This document shows positions 38,757 to 50,600 of a DNA stretch of 64,000 bases, one piece after another. The position numbers and the translations under genes were made by a program. Positions within the stretch are counted from its first letter, which is position 1; every line of letters starts with the position of its first letter. Under the pieces are notes generated by a model. It had not been told where the DNA came from and made no database searches. It saw only the letters and a program-made list of their open reading frames with translations. This stretch comes from Camelus ferus (Eukaryota), in NCBI RefSeq assembly GCF_009834535.1, contig NC_045697.1:48362001-48426000 (forward strand), read 5' to 3'.

Positions 38757-38922
38757 GGGGGAGAGGATAGAGTATGTGCTGAGCTCAGTGGTAGAGTGTG
38801 TCCTGAGCATGCATGAGGTCCTGGGTTCAATCCCTGGTACCTCCATTAAAAAACAATAATGATAAATAAACCTAATTATCTCCCCCTCCAAAAAACCAAA
38901 AAATTTTAAAGTAAATTTTAAA
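38757..38922 (+). mobile_element. Vic-1-like SINE in CCNG2 intron 2 (antisense to the gene)
   Basis: gctcagtggtagagtgtgtcctgagcatgcatgaggtcctgggttcaatccctggtacctcc, A-rich tail, degenerate TSD aagaaaa(c/t)gg. Confidence 0.85.
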
Positions 38923-39491
38923 AAAGAAAATGGAAAAAATGTGTTACCATTTCAACCAAAGCACTACACTTTATCAGATACAAAATGTGTATATATCATT
39001 GCTTTTTGAAAAACATACATTGTAAAAGACATTCAGCAATTCAATATAAAGTTAACTGTTGCCACACTTCCATAGGGTTATAGCAAATATAATTCAATTC
39101 CCCTGTAATGGATATACAGAAGGTTCCTTGCTTGTTTTCTTTTTTTAAAAATAGCATTTAAGAGCTGACTATACAGAAGTATTGCATAGGCAGAGGGTAT
39201 TTCCACAAATGAACTGCTCAATTCCCAGGGAATGTCCCACAGAGAAGCTGCAGGCTGGGGGTGCCACACATGAAAAACACTTCCCTAGAGTTAGTACCAT
39301 TCTCATTCTTGCTAAGAAACAAAAGAATGACCCTGACTTAAGATTTATCTTAGTACTCTAGGAAGACCAATTTTGGTTTTAAGAAACTTTGCAACCTTTA
39401 GTCTTGATTAAAAAAAAAACAAACTGTTTTTAAAGTTATCTCCCCAAGCCCTATCAGCTGCTGGAGCAAGTTATCCTTCCTGGGAACTCAC

Positions 39492-39629
39492 CTCTGGGGT
39501 GGCCTCGATCAAGCTCAGTCCTTTTTCTCGAGGTTGGAATCTCTGTTCCTGTTCTAAGTAGAGGTTCAACAATCCAAAGAGCTGGACCCCTTCACGACCG
39601 GCCAAGTACTCTGCCCCCAAATCCTTCAT
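39492..39629 (-). CDS. CCNG2: Cyclin G2, coding exon 1 (gene exon 2); MKDLGAEYLAG...IEATPE
   Basis: Translation matches the cyclin G2 N-terminus. Acceptor tttgctgcag lies directly before the ATG at 39629; donor GAG|gtgagt at 39491. 138 nt, phase 0. Confidence 0.97.
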
Positions 39630-39649
39630 CTGCAGCAAATACATCACAC

Positions 39650-41500
39650 AGTTAGAGTGTATCCCGGGGGTGGCTGGGGGAAGGGGGAGGGGACAAAGAG
39701 ATGGTGCCAGTACCTCCAGCGAGGGGCACCCCAGCACACCCAGGCGCGGAGCGGGTGAGGGGACCAGTCACGTCCAGCCAAACCCCAATGCAATCCTCCC
39801 CCACCGCCAGGGAGGTGTGGCAGGGGGAGGGCCTGTGGTCACGTCCGCCGGCCAGCGCTGGGTCAGACCGGCCAGCTCCGGCCTCCCCGCCGTTTCACAA
39901 ACAGGAAACTGTCCCCGAGTGGCGGTGTCCGGACGGTCTGCCCCAGCTGAAGTCGTGGGGGGGGGGGGGGGAAGGCTTCTGCCCAGTGGAATGCACTGGG
40001 GACACCGATCGCAGTGGATCCGGTGGGCTGGGGCTTTGCACAATGGGGTGGGGGGGAAGGGAGAGAAAGTCTCGCGACTGAACAAAGAACCGGAGGGAGG
40101 AGACTCCCGAGCCCCGCCCCTCCCGCGGAGCCCAGCTCCAGAAACCCCACTCGCTGGAGTCCAGCCCGCAAGCCTTCCCCAGCCGCTTCGGCAGCGCCTA
40201 CTCGGTACACAACCCGAGAGGCAGACCCCGATCCCAGAAAGAGCTAAGGTGGCGCGGCCCACCGGGTCGGCGTCTGGGAACAATTCCAGCCCTCCCCGTT
40301 CCCAGAGGTCGCCCGTCCATCCACTGATGCCCGGGATTCCGCAACTATGCGGAGACCCAAGGCTGTGTCAATCCAAGAAGAACCACCCCAGCGAGGCCCC
40401 GTGGTTAAATGAAGGGGAGGAGGGGGTACACCAAAGAACTGTCTTCAGCCTCCTCGACCCCTCCATCCATCCCACCAGCATATCTCCGCCTCCAGGCGCC
40501 CACTGCCCAGGGCTGAGGGCAGGACGGGAATCGCTTCCCAGGCTGAGGGATGGGCACTCTGACTCGACCCCTGTGGTCCAGTTCGCGAACAAAGAAACTC
40601 CGCGATCCCGGGTGGGCCCACTCACCGTGCTGGAGATGCGCCTCCACCGGGCCGCGGCGCCGCGGTCGGAGCCGACTGGGCGCAGCGGGGGCGTCCGGAC
40701 CTGTCTCCGAGGTCAAGGACCCGCCGCTTCAGCAGTGCCCCTGGACCAGCATCCGACCCTTCTTCCCTGCCACCGCCCCCTCGGCCTCACAGCCCCGGCT
40801 TCATCCCGCTCCCCGCGCGCCCACTCTCCGGCTGGGGCGCAGCGCTAGCCCCTCTAGCCCTGCCCCTCAACGGGCTCCACCGCCGCCGCCGCCACCACCG
40901 CGGAGACCCAGGCAAACCCCTTGTTTTTGTTTTGAGTCTCCGACGCCCCCAAGGGGGCGGGCCACGTGACTCCCCGCGGAGGGATCCGCCGCTTCCTCAA
41001 CAGTCTTTGAAAAAGAGTCCCGCCCCTAAGTCTCTGTCTCCAGCCAGCTTTGTGGCGTCCCCAGCCAGCTTTGTGGCCTCCTCAGCTCGCCTTTGCTTTA
41101 GTGAGCCACTCCTCCCTCTCGGTTCCTGGGCGAAGGGTGGAATCTGGGCGTCGGCTTTATTCTGGGGTTGATCCATAAGGGGAAGAAAAGGGGAGTGATA
41201 GGAGTGAGAGGCGGAAGGAGATAGTTTCTGGTCTCATTGCACCTTTTAAAGGTCCCTGATTTGTTTTGTTTTCGCTGTTTTGAAAAGTCCGCCCAAAGTA
41301 GCTGGCTCCCCGATTGGATGTTGGTGGGGCGAGCAGACTGCTGAGGCTGATTCACTCTCGAATCCGGATTGGCTAATTGATTAGCCTTGGAGTCCTGTGA
41401 TTGGTTGTCACTGTATCCGGAGCCTCTGTCTTCCATGGGGCCTTAGCAACTCTGGGGTCTGGATTGCGCATGCCTGGGTGGCCAGCTCCTGAGGAACGCA
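39650..41500 (-). promoter_or_regulatory. CpG island and CCNG2 promoter
   Basis: High GC/CpG density. GC boxes (~40953-40961, ~41018-41026), E-box GTCACGTGGC (40961-40970), three CCAAT boxes on minus (41313, 41368, 41400), forkhead/IRS-like CAAAACAAAAACAA (40921-40934), partial NRF1 TGCGCATGC (41465-41473). No TATA box. Confidence 0.85.
40626..40940 (-). other. CCNG2: Probable non-coding exon 1 (5'UTR) of CCNG2; 5' boundary approximate
   Basis: Strong donor CACG|gtgagt at 40626/40625 inside the CpG island. Splicing to exon 2 gives cagcACGATG with A at -3. The TSS cannot be determined from sequence. Confidence 0.65.
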
Positions 41501-43772
41501 TTCAGTTGTCCCTAGGGTCAGTCCCTTCCCTCTGCCACCTCCGCCCCTCCCAGAGGAATACCACGCTCGGCTCTCACCTCCAAAGAACCAGAACAGCTAG
41601 ATAACGTTTGTGACAAGTCTTTCCACCACGGGAGGGTTTTCAATGTTCCTTTTGTATTTTTTTGTGCAGGTCCATTTTGCAATAATCAATCAAGTTACTG
41701 TAAAATTTTGGGGATGCTTACTGACATATTTACGAATAAAATGCTGTCATCTTTAATATTTGCTTTAAAGTTTTCCGACCAAGAGGGGAAAATGGAAAGG
41801 ACAGCTGAAACAGGATTGGCAAAAAGTCGAGTTGTTGAAACTGGGTGATGGATACAGAGGGTTCGTTATACTATTCTTTCTACTTTTGTGTACCTTGAAA
41901 TTTTTCTGTAATAAAAATGAATATTCAATGATGGGGCTTAAAAAAAAACTTACCTGTGCACATTGACGATGGTACATAAACATCTAATAATAGCATACCT
42001 CCTGAGGTTGTAATTGTGCTGTTGTTTTAATGAAGGTTCTGAGAGGGTTCTTGATCCTTGGTCACCCACAAATTATCATTTATTGTCTATTATATATTAG
42101 CGTTGTCATTAAGAGGTGACACCTCTCCTGGGGCGGGGCAAAAAATTCAAAGCAAAGGGTGCATTTGGCGGGAGAAAGTTTCACAAGGAGTATTTTGGGG
42201 GGTGTAAGAGGCTCCCCTCCAGTATTTTTAGTTACTGTCTTTACTTTCCTTGCAGTTCCTCGCTGGCCGTCTGCTAAACACACAAATCGGTAAATAGCAC
42301 ATTCTTGAGTTCTACTCTTAATAATCAATTAGCCCCTGGGAAATCATTTCTCTTTTCTACCCTTCTGTATGTTTTCTATGAATTGTTCTGTTACTTGTAT
42401 ATGGGAAAGCACATAACATAGCTTTCCAAACAGCTTTCTCTTTTTTCCAGAGCACCTAAGGAATTTTAGAAATAGATCCCTTAGCATATTAGCTGGGACT
42501 GGACATAAGCGTCTGGAGCACAGAGCAGCTATGGGGAGGGGAGCTCAAAGAGCTAATCCTCCTATTTCAGAGAGGTGTGGCCCTGTTTGGGATTTTGGAA
42601 AATTAATAAAACTACATTAACAGACTACTTTTAAGTGATTTACAGTTTCCATAATTTTATTCAGTGTTTGATCTTTGAGACATTGTTAAAAGTATTACTT
42701 TTATTTGACATAAACATCATGCTGGAAATCTATGCTGAAAAACATAAAAGAAGGCATTAACTAACATGGAAAATCTAGCTGAGATTAGAATCTCCTACAT
42801 ACATGACAGCTCATTGTACAGTGTATAAGAGGCCCAGTGGACAAAGTCCAGAGAGAGAGACAGAAAACAGCTAGATGGAAAATATGTACAATGAGAGAAA
42901 GGAGAGCTGTGACCAAAATGTCAAAGAGGTTGGGGCCTTTTTTTCAAGGAGGAGAGCAGAGATAGAAAAGGAACATAAGATACAGAATAAGTGGTGTGAC
43001 AGGAAATGTGGAATTATGTGGTAGAAGATTTTGTAAATAATAGAGAAGACAGAAGACAAAAAGGAAGAGATGGAGAAATTGGTCTTTGCCTAGATCACTA
43101 ACTGTTATAAAGTTCTACAAAGTGTAAACTCTACACTGCATAATTGTCATTGTATGTCTCTTCTAAGAGGCAGCTTCTTGAATGATGAGCAGTTCTCATG
43201 AGACAGCTTTGTAAATGGTGTTGGATTTCCTGCTCTTTACAGGCCCTGTTCAGTATAGAAAAAACTGATCAAGTTGTCCAATATGAAGCCCTCTGTCCAT
43301 TTTAGTCCACCTATCTTTCTAAGACAAAGGAAAGCAATCATTAAAAAAGTAATTGCTCCAGTAATTACATAATACTTTAAAAAAAAAAAAACAACACCTC
43401 CTCTTAACAATGATTATCTTCTGGGGCAGAAAATGATGCAAGGTTTTTCTTTGTACTCTCCTGAGTTTTTTGGTTGCTTGTTAATTTTTTTTTTTAATTT
43501 TTTTTTTTTCCTTAAAGACAGCCTTTCTCCTGTTTTTTGTCCTTATCACTGTGGCTTACTTTGCTGCAGCTGTAGGTGTTAGGTATTAAAAAGACATCCT
43601 CCCTGGGCTAATCAGCCCTCACCTGTTAGCTGCCTTTCAGTCTTCCTTAAGCTTCCTTAAGGGCGAATTTCCTGCATCATGTGCACAGACAGAACAGGGA
43701 ATCAGAAATCTGGCAGTCCCTAAGAAGGGCTTTGAGGGGATCTATCTCATTATAAGATGTTTGGTCTTCCAC

Positions 43773-44098
43773 GAATGAACTTATCTACAGAAACTTAAAA
43801 CAGAAACAGACTCATAAACATAGTAAACAAACTTATGGTTACGGGGAGGAAAGAGGGTGAGAAGGGATAAATTGGGAGTTTGAGATTTGCAAATATTAAC
43901 TGCTATGTATAAGATAAATAAACAACCAGTTTCTTCTGTATAGCACAGGGAACTATATTCAATATCTTGTAGTAATCTAAAATGAAAAAAGAATATGAAA
44001 ACAAATACATGATGTATATGTATGACTGAAACATTATGCTGTACACCAGAAATTGACAGCATAACTGACTATACTTCAATAGAAAATTAAAAAATAAA
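43773..44098 (+). mobile_element. Short L1 3' end
   Basis: aatgaacttatctac...cagaaacagactca...ctatacttcaatagaaaattaaaaaataaa. Confidence 0.9.
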
Positions 44099-46609
44099 GT
44101 CCCTTCCACAGTGGAAAAAAAAAGATATTTGATCTATAGTACAGTGATGGGGTGCAGTGGGGTTGGGTGATACCCTACCACCCATCACCCCATGAAGGCC
44201 TGACAGGAAACCAGCTGTCCTCAGTGACATCTGAGACTGAAAATAGAAGGTGGGCACAGAGCAGGAGATAAGCTGTGGCCCATGCACACAGAAACGTGAC
44301 TCCATTCAGCGGGTCCTTGACTCGTGAGGCGTGTCCTACCCACACTGAAGTGTCTACCTTGAAAAGAAAACAGAATATTCCCACATGGCTGCTGTGGCAC
44401 TTTCCCCAAGGGCTTTAAACTCCATTTCCCTGAACTCTGCAAGGCATAAAAATTCCCAAACAGCTTTCCAGATAGCATCTTCCTCCTCACAAATGATAGT
44501 TTTAGACAATAAATCCCAGTTTTGTATTCAACAGACATTTAATGAATACACACTAGATGCCAGACATGGTACTAGGCAGGGATACAAAAACAGATAAATA
44601 AAACACAGTCCCAGAATATGCCCTGGTACCTCTGAGGGGTAGGGCAGAAGCTCTAGCAAGGGCTCAAAACGCCTGACTTTGAATCCCAGCTTTCCTACTC
44701 ACCAGAGATAGTACCTTGATTATCTTGAATAATTAGATTTGTCCAGAGCCTCAGCTTTCTAATCTGAAAAAGCAAACATGTGAGCAAACAAATGGGGCAG
44801 GGGTGGGGGGGTGGGGGTGGGCGGTGAAGACCCCAGGGAGTAGTTGTTCTACTTCCTGTGTAAACACAAACATTTATAAAAGCACTTTTGCTATATACAC
44901 CTAGGCTGTTAGGACTTTCACAGTGCTGTGCCTTCAAGAAGGGAAGAGAAAGATCATCCCTAAACTCATCAAAGGAGCCTGGTGGAAAGCAGTCCTGAAA
45001 GGAGAGAACCCCAGAATCAGGATGGAGAAAGCTGACCAGAGGTCACACTCCCTCTTCCGCTCTGCTCACTATTTCTAGCTCCCTACCCAGGCTGTTTTCT
45101 GTTATTAAGGGTGGTTTGCAGCCCCAGACTTCCAGTGCTTGGATTAACCCTGTAAAGGAGGCAGGAATGCTTGTCACAGGGAAAGGAACAGGAAAGTCAT
45201 AACCTAACCCGGAGTGCCTTCTTGAAGCAATTCAGATTTTTCAACCAAGAACTCATATTTGAATCTGAACTTAAAAGAATGAGACAATTTATAGGCAGAC
45301 CATTAATCTCTTTTTTCAAGCCACCAGAGAATAAATCAGTGAACATCTCATATATTCTGCTTTCTGACTATCTCATGGACAAGACTTCAAATCTGAAAGT
45401 AGCAAATCCAACATTTAAATCTGTTTACTGCGCAGATATTTTGTTGCTGTTGTTGGTAGTGATAGAAGCATGCGGCATCTTTCCGAGGGAATGTTTATTT
45501 ATCTATACAAGGGTTAGGGATAGTCACTCCCACGTGTTGATGTGCTCAGCTTTGGAACTGGGAGAATTACCTACGCTGTAGAGGCCCTCTGAATGACCCC
45601 AGCAGGGCTTTTCCCAGCCGGCCCAGTTAGCCCTTCACAGTCCCACTAGCCTGTGGGTGAGTGAGCCTCCCGCAGACTCTCTGAAACCAGAGAACTCAAT
45701 GCTCATTTGCCTCTGGGGCAGACACTTTAGTATCCAGAGCTCTTTCTGTTGTGCTAAAAGTCAGCTGGAATAAATGGAGTAGCCCTGACATGGTGTTGAA
45801 AGACTGACAAAGGTAGGTGCAACTGAGAATATGGCGATTCCTGAAATCAGAGCTGATTATCTCGAAATGGTGGGGTGGTCTCAAAGCAAGCATATTTTAA
45901 TTGGCCCAGGCTGCACTCTGGAACATTGTATATCATTTACATAACACATTCCTCTTTTACAACATGTCCCAAGAAACATAACCTAAATCAGATACTTCCT
46001 GCCTTGCCTTGACATCATAGTGCTATGGGAAGTTGACATTGTCGGCAGAGTCATTTTGGAGACATCTGTTGAATGTGTCATTTTATTCCTAAAGGAAGTT
46101 TTTATTTTCTGTGAAAGTAATTATCCCTTATGTTGATCTCAGATGAATAGGCAATTGACATTTAATGTGATATGAACAAATACATAACCTTAAATTTTGC
46201 TTTTGTGAACATTTCTAAGTGTCTTCAAAATGAGAGCTTTTTTCTTTAAACTTCTAGAAGGAAAGATTGCTTTATTTCAAGATTCTCAGATCTGTTTAAT
46301 TATATGTATTATTATATTTTTCAACCACGCTCTGAAAAAGAAATTATAGCTACATGCAGGAGCAGAACTAAGTTTTTTTGTTGTTTTTGTTTGTTTTTAA
46401 TTGGTGGAGAATGGGGAGGGGGTTGAATTTTTATCACCTGGAGGGGTTCTCTCTAGGAAAAGGAGAATTAGAAATACAAATTAGATATGGAAGTTAATAT
46501 TTATTTTAAATGAGATATTTTATTTTAAATGAGATATTTAAATTTTAAATATTTTAAATGAGATAAATCTAGAAAAATTGTAAATTTTTAGAAGTTGACA
46601 TCTACTCAC

Positions 46610-47620
46610 TGTTCCAGTTATCTATTGTATAATGAATTACCCAAAACTTACTGGCTTAACCAACAACAATACATTTATTATCATCTCTCACAGTTCTGAG
46701 GTTGGCTGAGCGCAGCTTGCAGTCCTTGCTCGGGGTTTTCCTTGAAGTTGCATTCAGATGATGGCTGGAGCTGGAGTCACCTTGTGGCTAACTTCTCATG
46801 TATCTGCAGGGGATGTTGACTGTGGGCTGGGATCTCAGCTGAGGCTGGTGGCTGGAACACCCACATATGTGGCCTCTCCACATGATCTGTCCACCTCCTC
46901 ATAGCATGGGGACAAAGCTCAGGAAAAACCACGTGAACACTATTTCCTTTTATGAACCAGCCTTGGCAGTCACATAGCTTCCATACGAGTTCCATATTGC
47001 TACTATGACAAGCTACTGTAGACTTAGTGGCTTAAAACAACACATTTACTGTCATAGCTCTGGAGGTCAGAAATTTGAAATGGGTCTAACTGAGCTAAAA
47101 CCAAAGTGTTGGCAGGGCTGCATTCTTTCTGGAGGCTTTATGGAAAATATATTCCCTTGCCTTTTCCAGCTTCTAGAGACCACTGCATGCCTTGGCTCAA
47201 AGCCAACATTGTAGCATCTTCAAATCTTTCTCAATTCTGACTCTTCTGCCTTCCTTTTACACTTGTAAAGGTCCTTGTAATTACACTGGATTCACCTGGA
47301 AAACCTAGGATAATGTCTCCAACTCAAGGTCAGTTGATTAGCAACCCTTCTTCCATCTGCACCCTTAATTCCCCACATTTGTCATGTAAAGTGACATGTT
47401 CTCAGGTTCTGGGGATTAGGACATGGACATCTTTGGTGGGGGCCATTATTCTGCCTTAACCAGCATTTCTTCAGCCACAGTCACAAGTCTGCTCTTGTTC
47501 AAAGTTCAAGAGGAGGGAACAAACTCCACCTCTTGAGAGGTGTGTTGATTACATTGTAAGAAGAGCATATGGGATGGGAGATATTGTGGGGACCATCTCT
47601 AGAAAGCAAAATCTTTCTCA
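46610..47620. mobile_element. Nested MaLR LTRs: MLT1-type with a second MLT1 inserted at ~46985-47462
   Basis: Two separate MLT1 5' signatures (cttactggcttaa; cttagtggcttaaaacaa). The inner copy ends gggccattattctgcc and the outer copy resumes after it. Confidence 0.7.
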
Positions 47621-50600
47621 TTCATAAACATCAAAAATCGAAGAAATGCTGTAATAATTTTTATTAATAAATTACCTGACACACAACTAAAAAGCTTTTT
47701 GTCAACATTTTTGGCTGCCAATCTCTGATCACATCTTTATAAGATAACAATATTGTAATATCATTTTCTATGGCAAAAAAAAATTTTTTTAGTCCTTAGC
47801 GTGGTGGACCAATTTTTTATATTGAAATTTTAAAATATTTTTCAGTTTTATAACTCATTATTAATAGCTTATATTTTAGAATTGACATCTGATTTGAGAA
47901 AAACTTTATCACAGTTTTTTCATGTATGAGCTGTAAAAGGTCAGGGCATCAGTGAAGACTGGCCATACTCATTAATTATCTTGTTGTCTGTTTCCTTATT
48001 GCAGAAAGCGTATTTTGAGTTTTATGTTATCTTTGTCAGCATCAGTATGTTGTAGCAAATCAGCAAGAAGTTTCAGTATTTTTCAAAATGACATTATGAT
48101 TCCTTCCTCTTCATTAATGAATCAAACAATCCAAGAGCTTATCTATTACTTCTACTAGAAAATTCTCTCTTCCTTTTAGGGAAGTACTGCTTTTGGAACG
48201 ATCTGGGGAAAAAAAAATCTGTTCAAATTATTGTCTTAGTGTTCAAGTACATTCCATTGATTTTTATCATGCATTTTTATCACTTTTATGTCCTACCTCA
48301 TTAATTTTTATCAGAATTTTATCTTAGTTCTTTAATAAGAACACTTACAGATAATCAAAGAAGGCATCTTTCTTTTATGTCCAAATTAGAGGTTTGTAAT
48401 TTCTCAATTGTTTTATTGACTCATTCCAAAATGTGTTTCCAAATTTCAGTTAAAATGATATGTCTCCAACTCAACTTCCCCTTAGCTAGATCCCCAAAAT
48501 ACTGGTGGACCCTAAGCACCTCCAAACACAAAGGAAAATCATACGCTGGAATTTGCCATGGAGAGAGACAGCAGTCTTAACTCTCCACAATTAAAATGTC
48601 TTACTTTTGGAAAACTCCAGAGAAAAAAGAGGCTCTTTTCTGCCGTCCGTTAGACATCGCAGGGAGATGTCTAAAGCCTTCTGAACATCATGTGCGTGTG
48701 TCATATCAGTAGTTTGCAAATGTTTAGAAGCCAGAGGGGAATTGCTGCTGTGTTCCTATTGGTTCCAATAGGCGCTCTGTTGCAGATGTTTGAGCCATTT
48801 TCTGTCTTAGGGCATGGAAGCATTGTGGGTTTGTTTGGTGTTGTTTTGTTTTGTTTTTTATCTTTATAACCCAAGATTGTAATCAGCAAATACTTTGCCT
48901 TACCATGGCTGGTTCTGCTCTTATTTTCTCACCTGCACACCTCATCCTCAGTGGAAGTCAAGGCCCTCTGATCACTCATTGCTAAAAATAGCAGATTTGA
49001 GCTTTACAGCCTGTGCTGGACAGAAGGAGGGTGGAGATGGGGAGGGGTGGCACAGACACAATGTGTGGACCCAGAAGTCACCCATTTATTATTTATTTAT
49101 TATGTTTACAGTGTTGTGCAGTGTTTGTAAGTTTTTAATGATGGACATAATAATATTATCTCTAGAGCTTGTATTTAAACCTTATAGAAACTTACTGGCT
49201 CCTTCTGCATGAAGATTAGCTTCCTAGAATATTCAGGTTTCCGTGGTCATGTGTTTTATAAGTGCAGCCTATACTGAGTTTTAGAATTTTTGCTGCTGCT
49301 TTTGTTTGGTTTAACAAACATGTTCCGGGCAGCTACTCTATGGAGGCAGAGTGGTGGAAATTGGAGATACAAAGTGACTGTGCTTAGACCCTGCCCACAG
49401 GGAGCTGAGAGCCTAGTGTGGGAGAACCTGGTTGGCAAATAATAATATTACTTTGTGGTCTGTGCAACCATAGGGGTGTGTACGAAGTATAGCAGCAAGA
49501 TAGGGAGAGAATAGTTATCTCAGGAAGGGGGAAGGATTAGGTAAGTCCTAATCTTTGGAGGTTCTTGGCTGCTTCTCAAAAAAATTGCCTCTCCTATGTG
49601 ACTATGTCTTCCCCCTTCAACTCAGGATGTGATATTCACTTTTAAAATTAAGCAGTACTGTCTTGAGTAGCTCAGATGCTGCTAATCTGTTCTCAGAGCT
49701 TCCACCTTCAGAATGTTCTTTTAAGGCTGGTGTTTCTCAGATATTTGTGAAATTCATTACCCTAACTAAAACTACATCAAGTTACATTTTGTGACTTATT
49801 TTGGCTAAGTCAGCATATTGCCATTTCCCTATAAGTGGATTATTTAATGTATTTTGTTTATGAAAATAATTAAAACATACTACAGAAAATGGGGTGGGGG
49901 GGAATTACCTGTAGCCAAGGTTATACCACTAATATTATTGTGGTGATGGAAAATCTTCTGGTCTCTTTTCTGATACCTATCTATGTACATATAAGAGAGC
50001 ATATGTGGTATATGCACGATTTAAGGACCATTGATGAAACAAGTGATGGTATCTCCACCATCCAAGCTAATAAACAGAAGGTAATCTGTACCTTGAAACC
50101 TCTGGATTCCTTACTCAGATCACATCCCTGACTCTCTCTCCCTAAAAGTAGCCCTAGTAACATTTTCAGTTAATAATTCCCTTCCTTCTAAAAATAGATT
50201 TGTTTATATGTATCACCCAATAATATATTGGTTAGTGTGTCAACTTGGTATAAGTGGAATCACATTGAATATATTTTCCTGTGAGTTTTTTTTTCCTTCA
50301 ACATTAATGTTTTTGTTGTTTGTTTGCTTGGGAGAGGACCTGAGTGGGAGTCCACCTGAGACTTCCAGGCACTCACCTTTTGCCACCCTCCTCCGCTCAA
50401 CATTATGTTTTTGACCTTCATCTATGTTTGCCTATAGCCATAGAAATGTTTATTGTTATAAAATGTTCCATTGTACGAGGATACCACACTCTATCCATTC
50501 CTACTGTGTATGGACTTTGGAAATCTTTCCAGTTTATCACTATTACAAAAACTGCTGTAATTCATGTTTCCCTTGCATCTCCTTGGGCACACATCCAAGA

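Noticed and set aside
39670..40848. 392-aa plus-strand ORF (and overlapping ORFs) antisense to CCNG2 exon 1/intron 1
   Set aside because: Starts at GTG, is P/G/R/A-rich with no recognisable domain; stop-codon depletion is expected in a CpG island.
46495..46570. Short AT-rich tandem repeats (ttttaaatgagata x3; also aaaacacctaggtt x2 at ~38137-38167)
   Set aside because: Ordinary slippage duplications without unique spacers; not CRISPR-like or otherwise structured.
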